The translations under genes and the position numbers were made by a program. Below, piece by piece: positions 38,304 to 46,349 of a DNA stretch of 64,000 bases (its first letter is position 1; each line of letters starts with the position of its first letter). Origin of the DNA: an uncultured Candidatus Saccharibacteria bacterium (GTDB lineage: Bacteria > Patescibacteriota > Minisyncoccia > Phycocordibacterales > WO2-35-19); NCBI GenBank assembly GCA_964534305.1, contig CAZHPR010000002.1:27986-91985 (forward strand), in the 5' to 3' direction. The notes under the pieces are model-generated. The model saw nothing but the letters and a program-made list of their open reading frames with translations, did no database searches and was not told the DNA's origin.

Positions 38304-39764
38304 CTAGAAAAATATCACCAGAACCTTGACTGGTTCTTTCTCTCTGGATTTTAGTCTAAACTTGTAGACCTCTTTGGGTTTTTTGGAGTCCTCTTCTCGG
38401 GGTAGTTTTTCCTCAACCGTGTCGTTCCAGAGTACGACGTACTTTTTACCACCTCCATCAAGGGAGTGATTTCCTCCATTGCGAGGTATATTAACCTCTC
38501 TTCCAAACTCATTAACTGGCGCCTCAACGTGTAATACAACTGGGATCCTTGTTGGGCCTAGAGAGGTCATTCCTGCAAGGACTGGTTCCCAGCAGTACCG
38601 CGACGCTTCCCAAGGGTGCTCTTTGTAAGCGCTTGGGTTGGCAAGGTACCTCTCGAGGATGACCTTGCCCAGGCGGTAGTTGTCCTCTTTGGACTTCGCC
38701 GGGTCAATACCCGTCTCCTTGATCAAGTCGGCGTGGATACGCGTGTTGATCTGGAGTGCCCCCGTGTCGTCGGGGTCTTTCTTACCCTTGACGGGGATCT
38801 TCTTCTCCTCGTCTTGCCACTGCTTGCCCCCCGGTTCCCCAGGCGACTCGCAGTTGCCGTACTCGGTGAGCTGGTCGTCGAGACTAGCAGCAATTGGCCG
38901 GTAGGTCGGGGAGTTAGCAGTGCCAGCTCGTGGCTCTGTAAACCCCGGCAAGGGGCGCCAGTAGATGTTGAAGGCGAGAATTACTATTGTTGCAACCATC
39001 ACAAACCTCCTTAGAGATTTTGCAAATGGTTTTATCTCGCTTTTCTCGTTGCGATAGCTGGTGAGTATGCAGACAAACAGTAGTCCCAGGTTGAAAACCC
39101 AAAAAAACTGCTTGTCGCTGTAGTACCAATTCCAGTACCTAGGCTGTACCGAGGTTCCAAAGTAGCCGATAAGGTTTAGAGAAATCAGACCAAGGCAAGA
39201 AAGAACTATCATCGCAGTATCGGGTGCGTACTCCTTGCCGGGTATTTTTTCCAAACTAACCTTGCCCTTTAGTCTGCGAATTAGGAACCAAAGCAAGACG
39301 GATCCGACGATGATTGCGAGTATCCACTTTACCACATCAATGTGAATCAGTGTGGTAGCAATTATTGCAACAACCATCGGTACGAAGAAAATTGCTGTAT
39401 TTGATCTTGGTGGTTTTCCATCACGCTCTGTCATTCTTGGAAAGATAGACAGTAGTAAAATGGTGAACACCAGGGCTTCAGCCCAGACAAGTCCAGTTAT
39501 GGACATCCGGGAGAAGAAGAAAACAAGAATTGGTAGGGGAAGGACCAGTAATACAAAAACCCACCTAGCTGGTTTTATTGATCCAGCTTTTCTCCCCGTG
39601 CTTTTGGCTAGTTTCCCAAGCCAGTTTTTCATTGATTCAGGTGAAATCTCACGAATAGTCCAAAATGAGAAATGGCCTGTCAGTACCAGTGCAAGCACCA
39701 GTGCTAAAATCGAAAGGCTGTATCCAAGGTAGCCAACCGTTTTCCCAAAGAGTGCTTCGAGCAT
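38304..39764 (-). CDS. polytopic membrane protein (~10 TM) with a C-terminal soluble domain that is GC-rich and weakly SLT/lytic-transglycosylase-like
   Basis: An AAAAAGGAGAG RBS precedes the ATG. The N-terminal 320 aa are hydrophobic helices. The C-terminal ~160 aa are encoded by ~58% GC DNA and carry ES...P...GALQI...NYRLG..ILE, with wider spacing than canonical SLT. Confidence 0.5.
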   Translation of the reverse strand: MLEALFGKTVGYLGYSLSILALVLALVLTGHFSFWTIREISPESMKNWLGKLAKSTGRKAGSIKPARWVFVLLVLPLPILVFFFSRMSITGLVWAEALVFTILLLSIFPRMTERDGKPPRSNTAIFFVPMVVAIIATTLIHIDVVKWILAIIVGSVLLWFLIRRLKGKVSLEKIPGKEYAPDTAMIVLSCLGLISLNLIGYFGTSVQPRYWNWYYSDKQFFWVFNLGLLFVCILTSYRNEKSEIKPFAKSLRRFVMVATIVILAFNIYWRPLPGFTEPRAGTANSPTYRPIAASLDDQLTEYGNCESPGEPGGKQWQDEEKKIPVKGKKDPDDTGALQINTRIHADLIKETGIDPAKSKEDNYRLGKVILERYLANPSAYKEHPWEASRYCWEPVLAGMTSLGPTRIPVVLHVEAPVNEFGREVNIPRNGGNHSLDGGGKKYVVLWNDTVEEKLPREEDSKKPKEVYKFRLKSREKEPVKVLVIFF

Positions 39765-39828
39765 CTCAACTCTCCTTTTTCAAATATCGTTGTCCTGTCG
39801 GATTATATCATATTTAATATAAAAAAGC

Positions 39829-39868
39829 AACCCCAGTTCCTGCAGCCGTAGCCTATAGGAACCGGGGT
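39829..39868 (-). terminator. intrinsic terminator hairpin (aaccccagttcc...ggaaccggggtt plus a T-tract on the minus strand)
   Basis: Seen directly downstream of the 39888..40946 gene. Confidence 0.6.
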
Positions 39869-39887
39869 TTTCTGGGGGCTTTTGCCC

Positions 39888-40946
39888 TTATGGTTTTGGA
39901 GGATCCTGCTGGTTGGCGATGAGTGAAGTATTTGCTCCACCCTCGACAAGGGTTGTGAGTTTTCCACCCACCATCCTTTGTCGTAGAAGGTCTTTGTAAT
40001 TCTCACCCGCCGCATTTTTTTCTGCTGTAATTCTTGAGGACTCACCTTCTCCAAGGAGGATTAATTCCCTCTTTTTCCCCTCAGCTATAGTGATTGTTGC
40101 GTCCCTCTCGGCTTGAGCCCTGGTTCTCTCGACGTCGGCGTCCCTCTCGGCTTCTGCGCGCCTGATATTTGCAGCTTCGTACTCCTTGTTGGGTGTGATT
40201 CCAGATATCGAGATATGCAGGATATCAACACCAACTTGTTCCTCGAGCAACCTTCTGAAGTCGCTCACATTTCCTTGCTTGCCGATAATGTAATCGGTGA
40301 AATCCTTGGATATGCTCTTGCGTGCTTCTCTCACCATGTTTTCATAGGTGAAATCACCACAGAAATCCTTGAGCTCTGCTTGGAGTCTGGGCACGAGCGC
40401 TCCACCGAACCAGTCGCCTCGGTTTTGCATCAAGGCAATCATCGGCCGAACGATCCTCACCCTGAAGGTGAGTTCAAAACCGATCGGAATTAATGGTTGT
40501 TTGGCGTCTGGATCTCTGACTTCACCGCGCATCTCGATTCCTTTGAATGGTAGTGCATACTGCGATTCAAATGGTGTGATGTAGATGATCTCTGGTGCGT
40601 GAGCGATGACGCTATGTGAAGCGTCGCCGTCATCTATTTGGTATTTTGACCAGGAGAACTTATAGCGGTACATTCCCTGGAATGGCGGTACCCCGACAAA
40701 ATGGTAGCCAAGTTGGTCTTGACAAAGTTCGTCAAAAAAACCAATTGGTTGCCGGTCCCCGGTATCCTTGACGAAAACAAAGTCTTCGTTCACGCCCCAA
40801 CCACGGACGTTGTGAATGATCCGGCGAAGTTTTTCACCTCTTACGATTAGGATAAAGCGCTCTTGTGGGCAGGTTGTAAACAGTGAATACTTTGGTAGTA
40901 TCCTTGCTTCTTCCTGCTGGGGAATAGTTTTTGTTGCTGAAGCCAT
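39888..40946 (-). CDS. SPFH/band-7 domain protein (flotillin/stomatin-like), GC-rich
   Basis: AAGGAGG RBS. An SPFH core is followed by an AEAERDADVERTRAQAERDA coiled-coil region. GC is ~50%, against ~37% for the neighbours. Confidence 0.65.
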   Translation of the reverse strand: MASATKTIPQQEEARILPKYSLFTTCPQERFILIVRGEKLRRIIHNVRGWGVNEDFVFVKDTGDRQPIGFFDELCQDQLGYHFVGVPPFQGMYRYKFSWSKYQIDDGDASHSVIAHAPEIIYITPFESQYALPFKGIEMRGEVRDPDAKQPLIPIGFELTFRVRIVRPMIALMQNRGDWFGGALVPRLQAELKDFCGDFTYENMVREARKSISKDFTDYIIGKQGNVSDFRRLLEEQVGVDILHISISGITPNKEYEAANIRRAEAERDADVERTRAQAERDATITIAEGKKRELILLGEGESSRITAEKNAAGENYKDLLRQRMVGGKLTTLVEGGANTSLIANQQDPPKP

Positions 40947-41044
40947 GGGCTCCTCCTTACCTCTCTTATTTTTTCATCGATCTAGTCTACTTACAATTAT
41001 ATCACATTTGCAATATAAACGCAAATAGTATAGAATTGAGGCAG

Positions 41045-41380
41045 GTTTCCTTTCCGGATGGTTACTCCTCACTATAAAAATGGTGGGGGGAGGAAAGTCC
41101 GAACACAGCCCTATTTTTTAGGGAGCAGGTAATGGGTAACACCCATCGGGGTAATCCTAGAGATGCGAACAGAAACGACCCGGTTAAGTCCGGCTGAAAC
41201 GGCTAAATTCTTATCTCTGTGCAAGGCCGTACTCAAGTAGCAATACTTGTTTGTGCCGCTAAAATCTTTAGACTTGTTTTAGATTTTATCTTGAGCCTGT
41301 CGAAAGATGTGAGGTTGTCGGCAACGACAATCCCAGATAAATACCATTTAAACAGAATTCGGCTTATGAGAGAGGAGACC
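41045..41380 (+). ncRNA. rnpB: RNase P RNA (bacterial type A-like)
   Basis: P4 strands GGAGGAAAGTCCGAACAC and ACAGAATTCGGCTTAT. P1 pairing GGTTTCC/GGAGACC. An upstream TTGCAA-17-TAGAAT promoter and a downstream terminator at 41388-41420. Confidence 0.85.
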
Positions 41381-41387
41381 TAAAAGT

Positions 41388-41420
41388 GCAAAAGCCGCCC
41401 TAACGGGCGGCTTTTGCTAT
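41388..41420 (+). terminator. intrinsic terminator after rnpB (aaagccgccctaacgggcggcttttgc)
   Basis: GC stem plus a T-tract. Confidence 0.7.
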
Positions 41421-41485
41421 TATTAAAATAATTTTCAAACTTCTATTTTTTTGTATTTAAAGAAGGGGACGGCGTACCGTCCCCT

Positions 41486-42031
41486 TCAGGGTTGGAGCTC
41501 CCGGGTAAGTAAGGGTAAAACGTAGTCCCTGATCTTATCCCACGGATAAAGAATTTTTTTTGGGTCTCTTGCGTCGTCAGTGTGGTCACCGATTTTCTCG
41601 ATGGCGACTCCGAATTCTTTGACTACACATCGAGTCACGTAACGGTGTTGCATTATTGCCTCTTGCAGTTTAGCCTGAGAGCTTGGGCTCAATGGTTTGT
41701 TCAGTCTGAACAGAAGAAAGTTTTTTCCCGATAAAGGGGTAAACCTGTCCGATTCTGATTTCCCAAGTTCCTTGCTAGAGTTTTCGATCGACAGATCGTA
41801 TTTGACACCCTTTACTCCAGGGAGGTCATCTCCCTGAACTATCTTTATGGTGTCTACGATGGGCGCCTCTACGTTCTGTGTGTTTTGGTTTTTGAACAAC
41901 ACAGAAGCAACAACTACTATCAAAATTCCACAAACAAAAGCGATGGAAGCTCTTATGATTCTGGGTTTTTTGTACCATTTGACCCTCCGGCGTCTGCGAG
42001 AGACGGGAGGGTCATGGGATGGGGGACTCAT
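41486..42031 (-). CDS. hypothetical bitopic membrane protein (basic N-terminus, one TM, ~130-aa extracytoplasmic domain)
   Basis: The start is taken at the ATG of MSPPSH, which overlaps (ATGA) the stop of an upstream 32-aa ORF. The ORF-track frame extends to 42091. Confidence 0.45.
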   Translation of the reverse strand: MSPPSHDPPVSRRRRRVKWYKKPRIIRASIAFVCGILIVVVASVLFKNQNTQNVEAPIVDTIKIVQGDDLPGVKGVKYDLSIENSSKELGKSESDRFTPLSGKNFLLFRLNKPLSPSSQAKLQEAIMQHRYVTRCVVKEFGVAIEKIGDHTDDARDPKKILYPWDKIRDYVLPLLTRELQP

Positions 42032-42126
42032 TTTACCCCCAGGAACATCAGTGCGAACGTTGCTCCTGCGAAGAGCGGCAAGACAATCCAAATTGCCTCA
42101 CCCTTGATTACTGACAGTGTCCTCAT
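42028..42126 (-). CDS. 32-aa hydrophobic peptide, translationally coupled to the downstream gene
   Basis: AAGGAGGT RBS 6 nt upstream of the ATG at 42126. MRTLSVIKGEAIWIVLPLFAGATFALMFLGVK. Its TGA overlaps the next ATG. Confidence 0.4.
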   Translation of the reverse strand: MRTLSVIKGEAIWIVLPLFAGATFALMFLGVK

Positions 42127-42206
42127 AGAGGAACCTCCTTTCTTGTCCTTAACTATTATATACTATCCAAAACAATTTGTCCACTATCTATTTTGTAAAA
42201 TATGTG

Positions 42207-42287
42207 TGCCCAGGGTGGGACTTGAACCCACACTTCTTACGAAACTCGATCTTAAGTCGAGCGCGTCTACCATTCCGCCACCCGGGC
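42207..42287 (-). tRNA. tRNA-Leu (UAA), type II
   Basis: Acceptor GCCCGGG/CCTGGGC, anticodon loop CTTAAGA, long variable arm, T-arm GTGGGTTCAAGTCCCAC. Confidence 0.8.
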
Positions 42288-42291
42288 AATG

Positions 42292-42363
42292 AGGCCTAGG
42301 GCGGAATTGAACCGCCGTATATTCCTTTTGCAGAGGAATGCCTTACCACTTGGCTACTAGGCC
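42292..42363 (-). tRNA. tRNA-Cys (GCA)
   Basis: Acceptor GGCCTAG/CTAGGCC, anticodon loop CTGCAAA, T-arm GGCGGTTCAATTCCGCC. Confidence 0.8.
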
Positions 42364-42431
42364 TGATAATACTTAAATTAGCTTACCATAAAAATAGTTT
42401 TATGGTATATTCTTAGATACAAAATAATATA

Positions 42432-42504
42432 CCGCCCATAGCTCAGTTGGTAGAGCAGCTCCCTCTTAAGGAGATGGTCGTAGGTTCGACTCCTACTGGG
42501 CGGA
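42432..42504 (+). tRNA. tRNA-Lys (CUU)
   Basis: D-arm GCTCAGTTGGTAGAGC, anticodon loop CTCTTAA, T-arm GTAGGTTCGACTCCTAC. The acceptor begins with C (CCGCCCA/TGGGCGG), which is unusual. Confidence 0.7.
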
Positions 42505-42508
42505 CACT

Positions 42509-42591
42509 GCTGGGGTGGCGGAATTGGTATACGCGCTAGTCTTAGGAACTAGTTCCCTTGTGGATTAGGAGTTCAAGTCTCCTCCCCAGCA
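42509..42591 (+). tRNA. tRNA-Leu (UAG), type II
   Basis: Acceptor GCTGGGG/CCCCAGC, anticodon loop CTTAGGA, long variable arm, T-arm GGAGTTCAAGTCTCC. Confidence 0.8.
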
Positions 42592-42727
42592 CAAAAATGA
42601 GTCCAGCGAATTTTTGTGCTGGGGAGCGCATCTTTTTGCTTTGCAAAAAGGAGAAAGACTTGAAAGACGGAGGCTCTATGAGCCGAGTCGGGGTCGAGCA
42701 AAAATTCAACAGAATTTTATGCGTGAC

Positions 42728-42750
42728 CAAGTCTCCTCCCCAGCACAAAA
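42728..42750 (+). repeat. 23-bp direct duplicate of the tRNA-Leu(UAG) 3' end (caagtctcctccccagcacaaaa)
   Basis: Identical to 42574..42596. The 136 bp between the copies contain an inverted copy (tttgtgctgggga) that forms a hairpin with the tRNA 3' end. Confidence 0.8.
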
Positions 42751-42751
42751 T

Positions 42752-43078
42752 TTATTCACTTAATAACTCGTCGATGCGTTGACGGTTGCGTTCGCCTTGG
42801 TCTAGAAAAAACTTTATTTGTGGAGCAAAACCAAAGGCTCGTGTTTCTGTAAGATGTCTTCTAAAATCTCTGCTTTTTCTGTTCATAAATTCAAGTACCG
42901 ATTCTTCTTTGTTCTCTGGTAGTACCGTAAAAAATACTTTTGCATTTTTGCCTCTATTTTCTATTTCTGTTTTGGTGATGGTGATGAGGGCATCTCTATT
43001 TGACTCTATGTTGAAGTACTTTGAGGCCAACTCAGTAATAAGAGAAGACATTCTTTCGTCTTTGAAGTTATGTATCAT
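42752..43078 (-). CDS. rbfA: ribosome-binding factor A
   Basis: 108 aa immediately downstream of infB on the same strand, with KH-like RbfA pattern (RVFFTVLPENKEES...FRRHL). Confidence 0.75.
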   Translation of the reverse strand: MIHNFKDERMSSLITELASKYFNIESNRDALITITKTEIENRGKNAKVFFTVLPENKEESVLEFMNRKSRDFRRHLTETRAFGFAPQIKFFLDQGERNRQRIDELLSE

Positions 43079-43079
43079 T

Positions 43080-44567
43080 TTAGCCTTTTACTTTTGAAAC
43101 AGATTTTATAATATCTCCAGGCACTATCTCTATTTTTGATTCGATCATCATGCCAAACTCAGATCCTTCTAGTACCGAACTAGTTTTTACTTTTTGGTTT
43201 TGTAGTTCTTTTATTTTTCCATCGCCAATCTCGTTTTCTCTCCTTATAATTTTTATATTATCACCAACCTTTATTTCGCCAGTTATAACTCTACCTCCGG
43301 CAACATGTTTATCTTTGTTGGTACTAAAAGTTTTTAGTATCTTAGCTTCTCCGGTTGTGATCTCTACCATCTCGGTTGGAGTTTCTTCTATCAATCTCTC
43401 ACTTATCCAATCCTTGAGATCGTATATGATGTTAAATTTTTTTATTTGCACTGAGTCCCTTTGAGAGAGCACCTCAGCATTCTTGTCAGAGTCAACATTG
43501 AAGCCTACAAGATAAGCCTTGCCGGCGGAAGCACTTTTAACGTCTTTTTCTGTTATATTACCAACACCTTGACTTATGACTCTTACATGGATTCTTTCGT
43601 TTTTTAGTTTTTTTAACTCATAGATTATCGCATCCAGTGATCCAATGGTGTCCGCCTTTATTATAACGTTTAAACTTTTGGTATTTAGATCGTCTTCTAG
43701 GTCATGAGGGTTTACAGTTATTTTTCTTGAGGAGAATTCCTCGGCTTCCTTTTTTGTTTTAAAGGATGTGAACTCGCTTCCGACTATCGGCATATTGTTC
43801 CACCCTACAATACGCACTGGGCTAGAGAAAGAAGCTGAGTTTATATTTTTACCCATAAAGTTTTCTATATTTCTTACTGGAGCAAAGGCACCTTCGGTCG
43901 CAACAAAATGACCTTTTTCTAAAGTTCCATTTTTGATGATAAGGGAGGCAGAGATTCCTTTTTTTGGATCAAGGTTGCTCTCTATTACAAATCCATGAGC
44001 CAATTCACCGCTCTCTCCTTGCAGTTCAAGAAGATCTGCTTGTAAGACAATCATCTCCAAAAGTTCTGGTACCCCAGTTCCGTGTTTTGCTGATATAGGG
44101 ACTACTGGTACTATACCACCCCAACCCTCTACAAAAATTTCATTTTCGGCCAAGTTCTGTTTTGTTTTGTCTACGTTTGCTCCCGGCTTGTCTATTTTGT
44201 TGATGGCGATTATAAAAGGTAGGCAATCAGCTTTGATACAACCGAGCGCTTCTAGGGTTTGTGGCTTCACGCCGTCCTCGCCAGAGACGACAAGTACCGC
44301 AATGTCTGCAACCCTAGAACCTCGTTCTCTTACTTTGCAAAAAGCTTCATGCCCCGGGGTATCAAGGAAGGTGATGGTTCTTTTGTTTTCTCCTTCTTCA
44401 ACGAGAACTTCATAAGCAGAAATATGCTGGGTTATACCGCCAGCTTCGCCTTCTACCACCTTGGTCTTTCTTATATAATCAAGCAGAGTTGATTTACCGT
44501 GGTCAATATGACCCATAACAACCACGACAGGTGGGCGCGCTATTTTTTTGTTCGCGTTTTTATCCAT
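43080..44567 (-). CDS. infB: translation initiation factor IF-2 (short form, G domain onward)
   Basis: VVVMGHIDHGKSTLLD (G1), DTPGH, NKID, plus the C-terminal beta-barrel domains. Confidence 0.85.
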   Translation of the reverse strand: MDKNANKKIARPPVVVVMGHIDHGKSTLLDYIRKTKVVEGEAGGITQHISAYEVLVEEGENKRTITFLDTPGHEAFCKVRERGSRVADIAVLVVSGEDGVKPQTLEALGCIKADCLPFIIAINKIDKPGANVDKTKQNLAENEIFVEGWGGIVPVVPISAKHGTGVPELLEMIVLQADLLELQGESGELAHGFVIESNLDPKKGISASLIIKNGTLEKGHFVATEGAFAPVRNIENFMGKNINSASFSSPVRIVGWNNMPIVGSEFTSFKTKKEAEEFSSRKITVNPHDLEDDLNTKSLNVIIKADTIGSLDAIIYELKKLKNERIHVRVISQGVGNITEKDVKSASAGKAYLVGFNVDSDKNAEVLSQRDSVQIKKFNIIYDLKDWISERLIEETPTEMVEITTGEAKILKTFSTNKDKHVAGGRVITGEIKVGDNIKIIRRENEIGDGKIKELQNQKVKTSSVLEGSEFGMMIESKIEIVPGDIIKSVSKVKG

Positions 44568-44583
44568 AACCTTTTATCTTTAC

Positions 44584-45048
44584 TTACTTTTGTTTGCCTA
44601 GAGATTTTTGTTCTTCATCTGAAAGATCATGCGTACTTTTCCAACCCTGTACTGGTTTTACGAATATGTTGGTCCTTTCTCTAGTATGAATACTAGAGAG
44701 TATAGACCCATTGCCTTCTTCGTCAACCAGGGCAACAGAGAAGCTGTTGTTGCCGCCTACACTACCATCATCAAACGGATTAAATCTTATTGCTTGTTTA
44801 CTGGAGACCTTTTCTCTTATTCGGCTATCAACCTTTTTGAAATAGTCTACCGCGCTGTTTCTAAACTCTATAAGCTCTTCTATTACTGAACCATGTTTGC
44901 CGATTACGCTCTCTAGGCTCTTACCGTCTCCACTTCGGAGTAGTTTGTTTATCCTTGATAGGATGTATATAAAAAGTCCTATATTTATAAACCCCAAAAG
45001 GAGGGAAAGAAGGAGAGCAACGTTGTTTGGTGTAGGTTCTATATTCAT
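44584..45048 (-). CDS. membrane-anchored protein, DUF4446-like
   Basis: N-terminal TM helix, then RFNPFDDGSVGGNNSFSVALVDEEGNGSILSSIHTRE, which resembles the DUF4446 core. Tentative. Confidence 0.35.
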   Translation of the reverse strand: MNIEPTPNNVALLLSLLLGFINIGLFIYILSRINKLLRSGDGKSLESVIGKHGSVIEELIEFRNSAVDYFKKVDSRIREKVSSKQAIRFNPFDDGSVGGNNSFSVALVDEEGNGSILSSIHTRERTNIFVKPVQGWKSTHDLSDEEQKSLGKQK

Positions 45049-45126
45049 ATAACTTATGTAAATGAATTACTTGACCATTCTACATTTTTTGTTGTTAATT
45101 TGCAAAATTTGAGGTAGAAATAGGTT

Positions 45127-46317
45127 GTGGCCAAAAAGATAAACCAAAAAAGAATATACCTTGATTATGCCGCAAGCACCCCTATAGACAAGAGGGTTTC
45201 TTTGGTTATGAGTAGAGCTGAGTCCAAGTTTTGGGCAAACCCAGCTTCGCTTCATGCTGAAGGGGATTTGGCAAAGAACGCTTTAGAAGATTGTAGAAAA
45301 AGAGCCGCAAGAATATTGCACTCTAGAAGTAGCGAAATATTTTTTACATCTGGCGGTACTGAAGGTCTCAATATTGCGATCCAAGGAATTGTAAAAAAAG
45401 CTTTGGATAAAAAAAAGACGGTTCACGTTGTAGTAAGCAGTATCGAACATCCAGCCGTACTTGAACCAATAAAAAACCTTTTGGAGAAAAAGCTTGTAGA
45501 AGTTTCTTTCGTTGTACCCGGTGAGAACGGTTTAGTAAAACCTGCTTCAATCCAAAAGGAGTTGCGGGATAATACGGTCCTTGTTGCCTTGATGCATTCA
45601 AACAACGAAATAGGTACTATACAACCAGTAAGCAAAATCTCTTCTATAATAAAAGAATTTAGAAAAGGCAAAGACAAAAATAACTTCTCTACAATCGATT
45701 ACCCTTATTTGTTGGTAGATGCATCTCAGTCTGTTGTCTATGAGGATGTTTCGATAGAAAGACTGGGTGCTGATATCTTGGTGATTGATGGTATAAAAAT
45801 GTATGGTCCTAGGGGGGCGGGGATTATGTGTATAAAAAATGGGATAGACCTAGACCCTCTTACCTTTGGTGGTGGACAAGAGTCTGGCAAAAGACCAGGT
45901 ACTCAAAATGTTATCAGTATTATGGGTATGATAGAAGCTCTAGAAATTGCAGAAAAGGAAAGAGAGAAAGAATCAAAAAGAATTTTAAAAATAAGAGATT
46001 ATGCGATAAATAAGATCCTAAAAGAAGTACCTGGCTCGTCTTTGAATGGTGGTCTGGAGAGTAGGCTACCGAATAATATAAATATTTGTATAGAGGGAAC
46101 CGATAGTGAATTTTTGGTTATCAAGCTAGATACCCTAGGGTTTGCAGTTTCAGCCGCTTCTGCTTGTAGTAGTTTGTCTCTGGAAAATTCTTCTTATGTG
46201 ATAGAGGCTCTTGGCAAAAAGGGTTGCGGTTCATCATCACTTAGATTTACTCTTGGTAAAGGTACAAAAAAATCTGACGTTGACAAACTCATATCAACAC
46301 TAAAAAGAATAATTTAA
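45127..46317 (+). CDS. cysteine desulfurase (class V aminotransferase; IscS/NifS-like)
   Basis: DYAASTP, SSIEHPAV, a PLP-Lys region, and the SAASACSS active-site Cys loop. GTG start. Confidence 0.8.
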   Translation: MAKKINQKRIYLDYAASTPIDKRVSLVMSRAESKFWANPASLHAEGDLAKNALEDCRKRAARILHSRSSEIFFTSGGTEGLNIAIQGIVKKALDKKKTVHVVVSSIEHPAVLEPIKNLLEKKLVEVSFVVPGENGLVKPASIQKELRDNTVLVALMHSNNEIGTIQPVSKISSIIKEFRKGKDKNNFSTIDYPYLLVDASQSVVYEDVSIERLGADILVIDGIKMYGPRGAGIMCIKNGIDLDPLTFGGGQESGKRPGTQNVISIMGMIEALEIAEKEREKESKRILKIRDYAINKILKEVPGSSLNGGLESRLPNNINICIEGTDSEFLVIKLDTLGFAVSAASACSSLSLENSSYVIEALGKKGCGSSSLRFTLGKGTKKSDVDKLISTLKRII

Positions 46318-46349
46318 ATTGTTTTTGTTTTTTGTTTTTGATAAAATAA

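Noticed and set aside
39352-39732. 126-aa plus-strand ORF and other >60-aa frames antisense to 38304..39764, 39888..40946, 47659..48669 and similar
   Set aside because: These lie within well-supported genes on the opposite strand, lack an RBS, and have biased low-complexity compositions.
42592-42727. The 136-bp segment between the tRNA-Leu 3'-end duplicates as a coding region or small RNA
   Set aside because: It is too short, with no ORF carrying an RBS. It is better explained as a hairpin terminator (ccccagcacaaaaa...tttttgtgctgggg) plus an att-like scar.
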